Positions 40,269 to 52,906 of a stretch of DNA of 64,000 bases are shown here, piece by piece. A program made the position numbers and the translations under genes. The DNA is from Octopus bimaculoides. Lineage: Eukaryota. Position 1 is the first letter of the stretch. Each line of letters starts with the position of its first letter. The notes beneath the pieces are model-generated. The model was not told where the DNA came from. It saw only the letters and a program-made list of their open reading frames with translations, and searched no databases. The stretch spans positions 12,765,909 through 12,829,908 of the forward strand of contig NC_069007.1 of the NCBI RefSeq assembly GCF_001194135.2, written 5' to 3'.

Positions 40269-40300
<32 letters not shown>

Positions 40301-43300
40301 TATAACTACCTAGTCACTGTATTATGACACCAGGTGACAGAATATTCCACAGACATCTGTACCCTTAACATTATCCAAGGGTAGAATAAGTATGACCAGA
40401 AACATTCACATCCACCCACAAATACCTCCTCACTGATTTGGCTTAACCGGCCAAAACTTCAAAGCCACTGTTAACAATATTCTTGCTTAAGAATGTATAT
40501 AGATACACAAACTGGCCGAGTATTCCACAAATACTTCTATCCTGAACACAACCCTGCAAACATACTAAACAAGTGACAAGGTTAGGCTTACGAATTCCAA
40601 GTACAACCTATTCAACAAAACACACACACAATGTTAAAGAAAATACATAGAAACACAGAATTCTACAAAAAAAATCCAAAGGCACTTACTGTAACGGTGG
40701 GCTGTTATGATCCAAAACTTCATTTTCACAAGAGTAACACCAGATTCTCATGGTAGTCAAGTTGATAGTCAGACAGTGATTGTGTTCCTAAATATAAACA
40801 TATAGACGTCATGTACATATATTAGCATCGAAATTGGTACAGCCATCAGCATCTTATCTATGAAACTACATGTAAATAACACACCTTCCAACCTACGTAA
40901 AGCTTTCCACGTGATACATATACACGTTTGTATTTAAAATGTGAGGAAAAGTACTTGACACGCACATATATCATCACTATCATCATCATCATTTAGCGTC
41001 TTTGCAGGGGTTGCTGTGTGGTTAGGAAGTTTGCCTCCTGACCATAATTTCAAGTTCAATCCTACTGCATGGCGACTTGGGCAAATGCCTTCTACTATAA
41101 CCCAAGACTGACCACAACCTTGTGAGTGAATTTGGTAGACAGAAACTGAAAGGTGGCGAGCTGGCAGAAACATTAGCACACCGGGCGAAATACTTAGCAG
41201 TATTTTCGTCTGCCGCTACGTTCTGAGTTCAAATTCCGCCAAGGTCGACTTTGCCTTTCATCCTTTCGGGATCAATTAAATAAGTACAAGTTACGCACTG
41301 GGGTCGATATAATCGACTTAATCCATTTGTCTGTCCTTCTTTGTCCCCTCTGTGTGTAGCTCCTAGTGGGCAGTAAAGAAATAAGAAACTGAAAGAAGAC
41401 CTATGTTTGTCTGTGAATGTTTGTGTTCCCTTGTCTTGATATTATGTGATAGCTGTAAAATGATTTCCACTGTCATCCAAACAGTGCCATTCGTTTCCAA
41501 TATTCCATGAAAACATATCAGGTCACAGGGAAATGTTACCTTACTTGGAAACAGGTGTTAAGAAAGGCATCAGGCCATAGAAAAATCTGTCTCAGTAAAA
41601 GCTTCACCTGAGCCATGCAAGCATGAAAAAGTGGATGTGAAAATGATGACAATGACATCAATGCTATGATAACTCAGACTTTAATAAATATCTTAAGAGT
41701 GCAGATGTGGCTCCATGTTTAAGAAGTCTGCTTTGTAATCACTTGGCTCCAGGTTCAAGCCCCTATGCTGGGTACTACTTTCAAGTGTTTAGCTGATTAT
41801 ATGGACCCTAAGAACATATTTCAGTAGGTACTAACTCAGAGAGCAGACAACTGATGGTGATACAGTGGCAGTGATAGCAAGAGACCATTGCTAAATAAAC
41901 CAAAGGGAAGACAAGTCCCAGTTGTGTTTTAAATAAATTATGGCAGCGATACGAAGGTGATAAGGGCAGCTTTAATAAGCTGAACTGGGAAACGAAATTA
42001 GAGTAAAATAAATAAACAAAAATACTAATTAGAGCTCGTTTTCTTTCTCTAAACATTGTGTGAGTGTGTGACTCTGCATTAAAATTACTTTTAAATAAAA
42101 GTATACCTATTCCCCCACCACACCTTTGCCTCCTCCTCCACTCAAGCACCATCAACAATGGGTAATGTAATAGTTGTGTTGTTGGTGATGATGGTTGCTG
42201 TGTAGTCCCAGACTGAGGAGCCCCATGGTATGTAGCTAGTTGACACATTCCTTAGCAACATTTAGCAGGGATTGTAATTGCTCAAAAATTTCCAACAATA
42301 TGAAGGGTTAACTGTCTCTTCTCCCTACCAGCACCATCACACCTCCCTGCACCTATGTCCTACTACTACTAGTAGTAGTAGTAGTAGTAATTTGTGGTTG
42401 TACTGTAAGATTCCAAATCTTAATGGAAGCAAATGCCTGATAATTAACAGATAATATTCAAACTGATCCCCCACCTCCCCCTTAACATAGAGACATTGTT
42501 ACATGCTTTAATGTCCTCAGTTGTTTCATATTAGAGTAAAAAAAAAAAAAGAAATAGAGTAAGCAAAGAAAAAAAAAACATCAAAACAAACAACAGCAGA
42601 CAAGTCTGCAGTCAGTGAATGAGATGAATCAGATGAAAATATGACAAATGCTGAGGTTTGTAAAAACTTGTGATGAAACAGGTGTAGCTGTGTGGTAAGA
42701 AGTTTGCTTTCCAACCACGATTTCTGGTTCAGTTCCACTGCAAGGCACCTTGGGCAAGTGTTTTCTACCATAGCCCCAAGCTGGCTGAAGCCTTGTGAGT
42801 GGATTTAGTTGAAGGAAACTGAAAGAAGTCTGTTAATAGCACATAAAAGCACCCACTACACTCTCAGAGTGGTTGGTGTTAGGAAGGGCATCCAGCTGTA
42901 GAAACTCTGCCAAATCAGATTGGAGCCTGGTGTAGCCACCTGGTCCACCAGTCCTCAGTCAAATCGTCCAACCCATGCTAGCATGGAAAGCGGACGTTAA
43001 ACGATGATGATGATGATGATAGATATATATATATATTTTGTGTATGTTACTGAAAGAAGCCTGTTAAATATATATACAGCATACCTCACCCTACATCGTT
43101 AATTGGTTCCAGGAGACATGACTTAAGTTGAATTAACTTGTCCCTAGGCTAGTTTAGGCCGAATTTACTTGTCTCTAGGCTAAACTGATAATAACCATTC
43201 CCAGTTCTGTACTTTATTTATGAATGCATTTTCAATAATACATGGTTAATAAAAACCATGTGTGCTAAATTCTTGTCCTTATGTACAATCATCGATACAG

Positions 43301-43926
43301 TTGTCTGTCTCATCCCAAAAGGTCATGCAATTGCTATCACTTTTTCACCTTTTTCATGGTGTTTTATCATACCCAGTTTATCTTCCAGTGATATAGCATG
43401 ACGCTTAGCACTTCCACTGTGAATTTTCTTTGGCTCCATAGGGACAAAAAAAAAAAAAANNNNNNNNNNNNNNNNNNNNNNNNNNNNNNNNNNNNNNNNN
43501 NNNNNNNNNNNNNNNNNNNNNNNNNNNNNNNNNNNNNNNNNNNNNNNNNNNNNNNNNNNNNNNNNNNNNNNNNNNNNNNNNNNNNNNNNNNNNNNNNNNN
43601 NNNNNNNNNNNNNNNNNNNNNNNNNNNNNNNNNNNNNNNNNNNNNNNNNNNNNNNNNNNNNNNNNNNNNNNNNNNNNNNNNNNNNNNNNNNNNNNNNNNN
43701 NNNNNNNNNNNNNNNNNNNNNNNNNNNNNNNNNNNNNNNNNNNNNNNNNNNNNNNNNNNNNNNNNNNNNNNNNNNNNNNNNNNNNNNNNNNNNNNNNNNN
43801 NNNNNNNNNNNNNNNNNNNNNNNNNNNNNNNNNNNNNNNNNNNNNNNNNNNNNNNNNTTATTTTTCCATATATTATTTTTGAAAACCAACGAATAATCAA
43901 GAACGACTTAAGTCAAGGTATGCCTG

Positions 43927-43969
<43 letters not shown>

Positions 43970-46122
43970 GTGTGTGCATTACTGACACCCTGCTTTGACA
44001 TTGTATGCTAATTGTAAGCAAATGTCATTGTCATGAAAACAGCGTCTTTTGTTTCCAATCACAGGGAAATATTACCTCTTGCTGGAGGTTCAACAACAGG
44101 AAGGGCCTCTGGCCATAGAAAATCTATCGCAAGAAAAAATTCCATCTAACCTAAGCAAGCATAGAAAAGTGAATGTTAAAATAATGAGGAGGAAGAGAAG
44201 GATGGGTGATACCTGAAACCAACAACCATTTGAGCAAATGTTGCAACTACAGAGAGTTGATTAGACTGACCGAAGGCAGAAATTCAAATCTAATCAACAG
44301 CACTGTTATGTCTTAACTCTTATGTAGCCTGGTCTAACCAGCTGTAAAGAGGCATCAGACAATCAACCAAAAAGACAATAGTTCACAATAAGACATTCTC
44401 GCTACTCTGTGACAGGAGCCAAGACAATTCTTGAACAGCCCAGTCTACCCAACTGTTAACAGGTACCAAATAACCATCTAAGCAGTGAAGGGTTCTAATC
44501 CTGTCACTAGTGCTATATCGGTAGAGTTCTTAGCGCTGGGTGTTGCAATTTGATCCATAATAGGGATGAGAGAGAAAGAGAGAGTGGCAGGCATGACAAA
44601 TCAATTATGTTGAATGTACGACAAAGGAAAGAAAGAAAAAAACAACAAAACAATGGATCTTACCACTGCATGATATCCACTATGATCACTGGATGATTCC
44701 CCACATCCAATATAGTTGCAGTTGCCAACGAGACACAACCAAAGATTGGGAGGCTGTGCGTGACAGGTGTGACATTCTTGTGCCTGAAAGAAAAAGAAAA
44801 CATAGAAATAGGAATAATAATAATAATAATAATGATTTCAAATTTTGGCATAAAGCCAACAAGTTCAGGGGAGGGGTTAAGTTGATTATATCGACCCTAG
44901 TGCTCAAATGGTACTTATTTTATTGACCCCAAAGGGATGAAAGGCAAAGTCGACCTCAGCAAAATTTGAACTCAGAACGTAAAGACAGACAAAATGCTGC
45001 TGAGCATTTTGCCCAGCATGCTAATGATTCTGCCAATGCATCACCTTCATGTGCAGGTAACCAAGGTAACAAAACTGCATGAACATTACATAGAATATGG
45101 ACAGGAAGTGAACAGTGAATAAGTTGTTAAAAAAATAAAAACAGGGGTGGCGGGGGCATCAGGAAGATAAACACTAGTTTTTTTATTTACATTTTTTCTA
45201 ACCTTTCAGCTTTGAAAATTTGAAAGTNNNNNNNNNNCACCTTGAAGGTGTAACACCTGAATCTTTCCTAAACCCCACCTTACTGCTTTAAAAAAGGACA
45301 TGGAGGCTTTGGAACACTGTGTCCCTGAGGAGGTGGGGAGAAACAGACAGGGTATTCATGGCTAGTCAAAGCTGACCCAGGACTCAACAGAAAAAAAAAA
45401 AAAAAGAAACCCACAGAAAACATAACAAAAGCCTGAAGATGAAGCAGTATATATATTCCATAACAAGTTGTTTACTCATTAAGAGACCTCTCACTGAATA
45501 AATTATTGACTCAACTCCAGCTATTTACTCACAAAGAGTACATTTAAATAACACCGCCTGGAATAAATCAGTTTATTTGTTTGACAGATCATTGTTCTTT
45601 TGTAAAAGCTGTGTCAATGAATAATAGATTTAGGTCATTGCTGCCAACACAGATAAATGATAGAACTTCAACCAACAAGGGAACTAAGTCACAACATCAC
45701 ACCTTTTCAGATGAGGGGCCTTAAGGGATATCTATGTGCACCAGAGACATTCTTAAAATACAACTTGGGGTTTTAGAAAATCCATGCTTGACACCTTGAG
45801 TATCCGGTAAAAGAGGTTATTTCTAATTACATGTGATTAAAAAAGTAGATATGGCCATGTAGGTAAGAAGTTCTTTTCTCAATTACATGGGTTCAGGTTC
45901 AATCCTACCACATGTTACTTTGGGCAAGTGCCCTTTTTTTTTTGGGCACCAGGATGAGCAAGGTCTTATAAACGAATATGGTAGACAGAGACAGCAAGAA
46001 GCTACAGTCACAAAATGTCCCCATTTGTAGATTTGCAGCTGAGTTTCAACTGGTGACATTTGTTCCCATTGTCTATCAACAAGGAATCAGTTAACTCTGT
46101 GTTTTGAGATTCCTCTGGAATA

Positions 46123-46155
<33 letters not shown>

Positions 46156-49100
46156 AAAAACTGTTATGGTAAGGGTTATTGACAGGAAGAACATCTGGCT
46201 GTAAAAATCCTACCTCTTATTCTACCCTTTCTTCCCATACTAGCATTAAAAACAGACATTAAACAAACACAATAAATAAACAAGGTAAGCAGGATTTTAT
46301 TTTTATATTTTTCCTTAAATTTTCAACTTGAAAGCATCATTTCTTTCCTATGTAACTTCCCTATGTGAAATTTACCAGAAATTTCTTAATCTCCAGCTTG
46401 TCATCAAGTCAAAAAGATTAAAAGACAGTGCTGCATTGCAGGGAACATGCTGGAAATGATAGTCTTAAATCTTCCTCAAATCTAAGCACTTGGAGGCCTC
46501 CTCACTAGCTTGTGGTGGTATGAGAAATATTGTTTGTTGATAAAATTGTTTTTACAGCTAGACTAATGACTTTCCTACTCCCAGTTTTTCTTTTTTCTTT
46601 TTATATTGTGAAGTTATTTAACCCTTTTGATACCAACTACCTGAGACTGCCCCAGGCTCTATGACAAACTTATTGTTTCAAAAAAGGTCTAAATTATGAT
46701 CTTCCATCAAATGTTTTCGCTAAATTGTTCCAGGTCCCAGTTTAATAATGCAAAAGTTATTTTACTAAATTCTTCATTATTTTAAAAATTAATTGAAACA
46801 AAGGCAACATATGTTAACAGAAACATAGTAACAAAAGGGTTAACATTTTAGCAGTCAGATTACTGTCAAGATATAATACTTCTTTATTCATGTTTTGAAC
46901 CCCTAAAAAAAAAACAGCTACAGTAGTAGCATCTAATGTACTTCCACAGTCCCCATCTGGCAATGCCGGTCAGGAGAGGAGGTCAATGAGAGGGTTAGGG
47001 GAGAAAATATTTGGTCAATGGTGCCAGACATACTACATAGGGAATTTGGAGTGGACAGAGCTGGGAGCTTCTCAGGAGAACAACACAACAACAACATAAA
47101 AAGATTTTAAGTGATTAATAGATCTCTTCGCAGTTAATTATCAACAATTGTATTCATCATTAAAATGAATAATTAGTATTATTAACATGGTGAGCTGGAA
47201 AAATTGTTAACATGCCAGTCAAAATGCTTAGCGGTATTTAGTCTGTCTTCATGTTCTGAGTGGAAATTCTGCCGGGGTCGACTTTGTCTTTTATCCTTTC
47301 GGGGTCAATAAAATAAGTACCAGTAAAACACTGGGGTCAATGTAATCAACTTACCTACCCCTCCGAGGTTGTTGGCCTTGAGCCAAAATTTGAAACTATT
47401 ATTATCGTTATCATTGAGTGAAGGAGCAATGCATGCCATCAAAGTGACACTGGGGTAAAATATACGAAGCCCAGTATACCCATCATGACTACCCGTCTGA
47501 TAAGGGTGCACTAGGCACATGCATCACAACTATATGTGCACGACATGGTGATCTCAAAGCAAAATAAACAGTGCATGACCTTACAGATGAGGCCCAGTTA
47601 GAATTTTCTTCAGGTTGAGTAGCCTATCCCACTCAAAAAGTCCCTGAATAAAGGTTGTTTAAGGATGTTGAACGACACACTTATGTTTCCAGAGGTGAAT
47701 TATCCAAACCCCAAAGAATTCTTCTCAACACCTGGCTTTGATGTTAATTTCTGCTCATGATCAGAGATGCACATATTGTCAGCCAGCAAGGAATATGCTC
47801 AACTGGTTGAGCAGCTGACAAGCAAATCTGTGGTGTTGAGCAGAATATATGCTGTAGCCCATCTTTTATACCAAGACAAAACAATGTACATGATAACACT
47901 TCCAATCAGTTAAGATCAGAAGCCATGAAAGCCACTGCCTGGTACGGCATCAGAGAATTGGAGACCAAGCTGGCAGAATAGTAACCATGCTGGAAAAAAC
48001 ACTTAACAGCAAAGTCCAAAGTCAACTTTGCCGTTCATCCTTTCAAGGTTGATCCCAGTACTCAACCGATACAACATTTCAGGCCTTGTGCCTATTAGTA
48101 GAAAGAATTATTAAAGTGGTGAGTTGGTAGAATCAGTGGAGTATAGAATATACTTTACAGCATTTCTTTCAGCTTGCTACATTTGGAGTTCAAATCTTGC
48201 CGAAGTCAACTTCTTTGTTCTTTTGGGGGAATCAATAAAATAAAGTACCAGTCATATACTGAGATCAATGTAATAGATTAACCCTCCTACCCTTCAAAAT
48301 TTCAAGCCTTATGCCTAAATCAGAAATTATTATTATTATTGAGTGGTTGGCGTTAGGAAGGGCATCCAGCTGTAGAAACTCTGCCAAATCAGACTGGAGC
48401 CTGGTGTTGCCATCCGGTTTCACCAGTCCTCAGTCAAATCGTCCAACCGATGCTAGCATGGAAAGTGGACGTTAAACGATGATGATGATGATTATTATTA
48501 CTTGAGGCAGCACGCTGGCAGAATTGCCAGCGTGCTGGGCAAAATACTTAGCAATATTTCACCCATCGCTATGTTCTGAGTTCAAATTCCACCGAGGTTG
48601 ACTTTATCTTTCATCCTTTCTGGGTCAGATAAAATAGATATGAGTTGAACACTGGGGATCAATGTAATCAATTCATCCCCACCCCCAAAATTGCTGCCCT
48701 TGTGGCAAAATTTGAAACTTATTATTATTATCATTATTATTATTATTATTATTATTAAGCTGGCAGAATTGTTAATGCACTGAGCAAAATGCTTAGCAGC
48801 ATTTTATCCATCCTTACATTCAGAGTTCAAATTCCACCAAGGTCAACTTTGCCTTTCATCCTTTCGGTGTCAATGAAATAAGTACCAGTGCATTACTGGG
48901 ATTGATGTAATTGACTGCCCCTTCCCCTTCAAAATTTCAGGCCTTGCGCCTATAATAGAAATTATTACTATTATCATCATCATCATCATCATCATCATTG
49001 CAAGTTAATAAAATCATAAAAATGCAGACAAAATGCTGAGTAGCATTTCATTCATCTTTTTGCTCTGAATTCAAATTCTACCAAGGTTGACTTTGCCTTT

Positions 49101-49460
49101 CATCTTTTTATTTTTTGGTGGGGGTCAATAAATTAAGCATCAGTTAAGTGCCGAAAACAATGTAATCAACTTACCCCCTCACCACCACCACCACCCGCCC
49201 TCCACTTGCCTGTCTTGTGCCAAAATTTGAACACAACATTATTATTAATATCATTAAGGCAGCAAGCCGACAGAATTGTTAGCACACCAGGCAAAATGCT
49301 GAGCAGTATTTCGCCCGTTGCTCCGTTCTGAGTTCAAGTTCCACCGAGGTCGACTTTATCATTCAGAGTTGATAAATTAAGTACCAGTTACATACTGGAG
49401 TTGATCTAATCAACTGGCCCCCTCCCCAAAAATTTTGGGCTTGTGCCTAGAGTAGAAATG

Positions 49461-49492
<32 letters not shown>

Positions 49493-52250
49493 CATTATTA
49501 TTATTGTCATTATCATTACCTGAGTGGTTGGCGTTAGGAAGGGCATCCAGCTGTAGAAACTCTGCCAAATTAGATTGGAGCCTGATGTTGCCATCCGGTT
49601 TCACCAGTCCTCAGTCAAATCGTCCAACCCATGCTAGCATGGAAAGCGGACGTTAAACGATGATGATGATGATGATGATGATTATTATTATTATTGTCAT
49701 TATTATTACCATTATTATTATTATTACCATATGTTTGCTATTTGGTATATATTAGTATATATTGATTCATTTTTAATTGTTTTGTTGTTCCTGTACTATT
49801 AATGTTGGAATTTAGGTCTAGGTTACATGGAGAATAAATTGAACTAAATGAATTATTAATAATCAGGCCAGACTGAAGTATTATTGTGTTTGTTTGTTCA
49901 GTCAGAGAAGAGACAGTCAAGTTCTGTCAGGTTAATGACATTGCTCCAATTCATATGCAGTTAGAACATTTGGAGAGAGTACTTGAGCAAGGGGCACAAT
50001 TCCATAAGGTGAAATAACTGACGGTGGGGGGGGGGGTTATGTTTTCTGTAGTAGTTTCAGGTCAAGAGCTGCAGTCATGCTGGAGCACAGCTGTTAGAAA
50101 TAAGTTGATATTGGTTTCAAATTTTGACATAAGGTCAGCAACTTCAGGAAGGGGGTAGGTTGATTACATCGACCCCAATACGCAACTAGTAGGAGATACT
50201 TGCCCAGATACTTGCACTGGAATGGAACTTTATTTATTGAGCCCCAAATAGATCAAAGGAAAAGTTGATTCCGGCAATATTTAACCCTTTGGTACTCATT
50301 ATTCTGTCAAATGTAATGATTTTTTTTTATTCACATTGTTTGGAATTAATCATGCATTATCTCACAGCTTTGAGATTTCAATGATGTGATTACTCTCTCT
50401 TTTACTTGTTTCAGTCATTTGACTGTGGCCATGCTGAAGCACCGCCTTTAGTCAAGCAAATCGACCCCAGGACTTATTCTTTGTAAGCCTAGTACTTATT
50501 CTATTGGTCTCTTTTGCCGAACCGCTAAGTTACGGGGATGTAAACACACCAGCAACAGTTGTCAAACGATGTTCGAGGACAAAGACAGACACACATATAT
50601 ATACATATATATATGCAACAGGCTTCTTTCAGTTTCCGTCTACCAAATCCACTCACAAGGTTTTGGTCGGCCCGAGGCTATAGTAGAAGACACTTGGCCA
50701 AGGTGCCACGCAATGGGACTGAATCCAGAACCATGTGGTTGGTAAGCAAGCTACTTACCACACAGCCATGATTTATACAATGACATAGTAGGATAGGCGT
50801 GAGAGGCCAGAGTTGGCTGGTTTGAACATAAAACAATATTTTGGTCTGGTGTGGCTGGTTTAAACACTAAAGGGTTAAACTCAAACCACAGAGAACAAGA
50901 ATAAGTCAACAAGGTCAACACAATTATGTTCAACAGCTCCTTACTTGAACCGATTAAAATAGAAATAAAAAGGAATTTCTCCATATTTTCAATTCAACGG
51001 TAAATAAAATTAATAGGATTTGACATTATAAAAACCAATTTATGATAGACACAAAAAAAAAAAAGCAACTCATAATTATCTCCCCTTTTTGAAATTTGAC
51101 AGAGGAGGAAAAGTGGTATCCATAACATATGTTGTGGTACCTCAGAGACTGAAAAGCAATGGATTAAGCCATCATCTTCATTTAACATCTGTTTTCCAGG
51201 CTGGTATGAGTTAGATGGTTTGACTGTAAATTGGTAAGCTGGAGAGCTGCAGCAGATTTCAATCTGATTTGGCAAGGTTGCTATGGATGGATGCCCTTCC
51301 TAATGCCAACCAATCTAAGACTGTGGTGGGTGTTCTTCACATGCCACGAGCATGGGTGCCACTGACTTGACAGGTCTACACAAGCACAGTATATCACCAA
51401 AGGCCTCAGTCACCTGTCACTGCCTCCATGAAGCCCAACGCTTGAACAGTGCTTTTTACGTGCCTGTCAGACGGCACAACATTTGATTTGCAACAGAAAG
51501 AAATGATGCATCAAAACACTGAGTTTATTCTAGGTGTGTGTAGTGTTTTCTGCTATGCATATGTAGCATGTTTTCTCGTGTGTGTCTTGTATGTGGTGCA
51601 TCTTTTCTCCGATGTAAGTAGTGTCTTCTATATGGAAGTGTTTTCTATAAGTGCGTGTGAGGGTGATTTCTTCAGTGTGTGTGTGAGCTTTCTCCAATGT
51701 ATAAGCTGTGTGTTTTCTCCTGTGTTAAGAACTGGGTATTTTCTCATGTCTGGCTTGGCATTTTCTCCCTATCTGCAAGAACCATCAGTGACAAGATTTT
51801 AGTTTGACATTCATCTTGGTAGGAGGGAGAGTTACCATGGGTAAATAGCTAATTAGTGGTGGTCGTGGTGGTATTTGCATTGATAAACCCACAACCTCCA
51901 TACTGATTATGCAATGTAAACAAAGGGTGCACAAAAGACGCAGTGAGATGCAAAGCAGGCTGAAAGAGAAGAAGGTGCACATAAGTAGCAGACATACAGA
52001 TGTAATTAGAGATAGAGTATCACTGAAATGTAATATTGTAACTGACTGTACTTAGAAGGGGTTGACAGGGTCTGTTACCTAGGCAACAGATTCAGCAGTG
52101 GGAGTGAGTGTTGTAAAAATAGAGCGATTAAAGTTGTTATGACTATGAATAGGAGCAGACATGGCTGTGTGGTAAGAAGCTTGCTTCCCAACCACATGGT
52201 TCCAGGTGGATTGTGAGTGGATTTGGGAGATGGAAACTGAAAAGAAGTTC

Positions 52251-52289
<39 letters not shown>

Positions 52290-52875
52290 ATCTTTGTGTA
52301 TCTTTGTGTATCTCCCCCACCACTTGACAACCGGTGTCGGTGTGCTTACGTCCCTGTAACTTAGCAGTTCAGCAAAAGAAACTAATAGAATAAATACCAG
52401 ACTTTAAAAAATTTTTTTTAAAGTACTGGGGTTGATTCATTTGACTAAAAACTCTTCAAGGTGGTGCCCCAGCATGGCCACAGTCTAATGACTGAAACAA
52501 GTAACAGATAAAAAAAATAAAGATTTACATAGGAACCAGTGTTACAAGAGAGAACTATTACCTCTGCTGGCAATAAAAGGTTTCCATCTTCAAGTGAAGA
52601 ACGATTACAATATCACACTTTGCTTGTAGGCAAAGTGTAGAATTACATGGCGGTGAGATATGTTGAATGGAGAGGATGTGCAAAAGATGAGAAAAAGAGA
52701 AAAGGAAAAAAAACGCAATACCTATTTCTGAGGGATTAGAATATAGATCTACGAATGTGAATAGTGCAAAATATTCAATGTGTGTCTATCATCTGTGAGA
52801 ACTCAGAACTGGTTAAAGAGTATATTAGTGATATGACAGTGTTAATAATAATAATAATCCTTTCTACTATAGGCA

Positions 52876-52906
<31 letters not shown>

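Noticed and set aside
45325-45345. CTGAGGA-ggtgggga-GAAAC as a hammerhead
   Set aside because: The spacer is not self-complementary.
47960-49460. CRISPR-like repeat-spacer array
   Set aside because: Eukaryotic context; the units are ~200-bp diverged SINEs separated by microsatellites.
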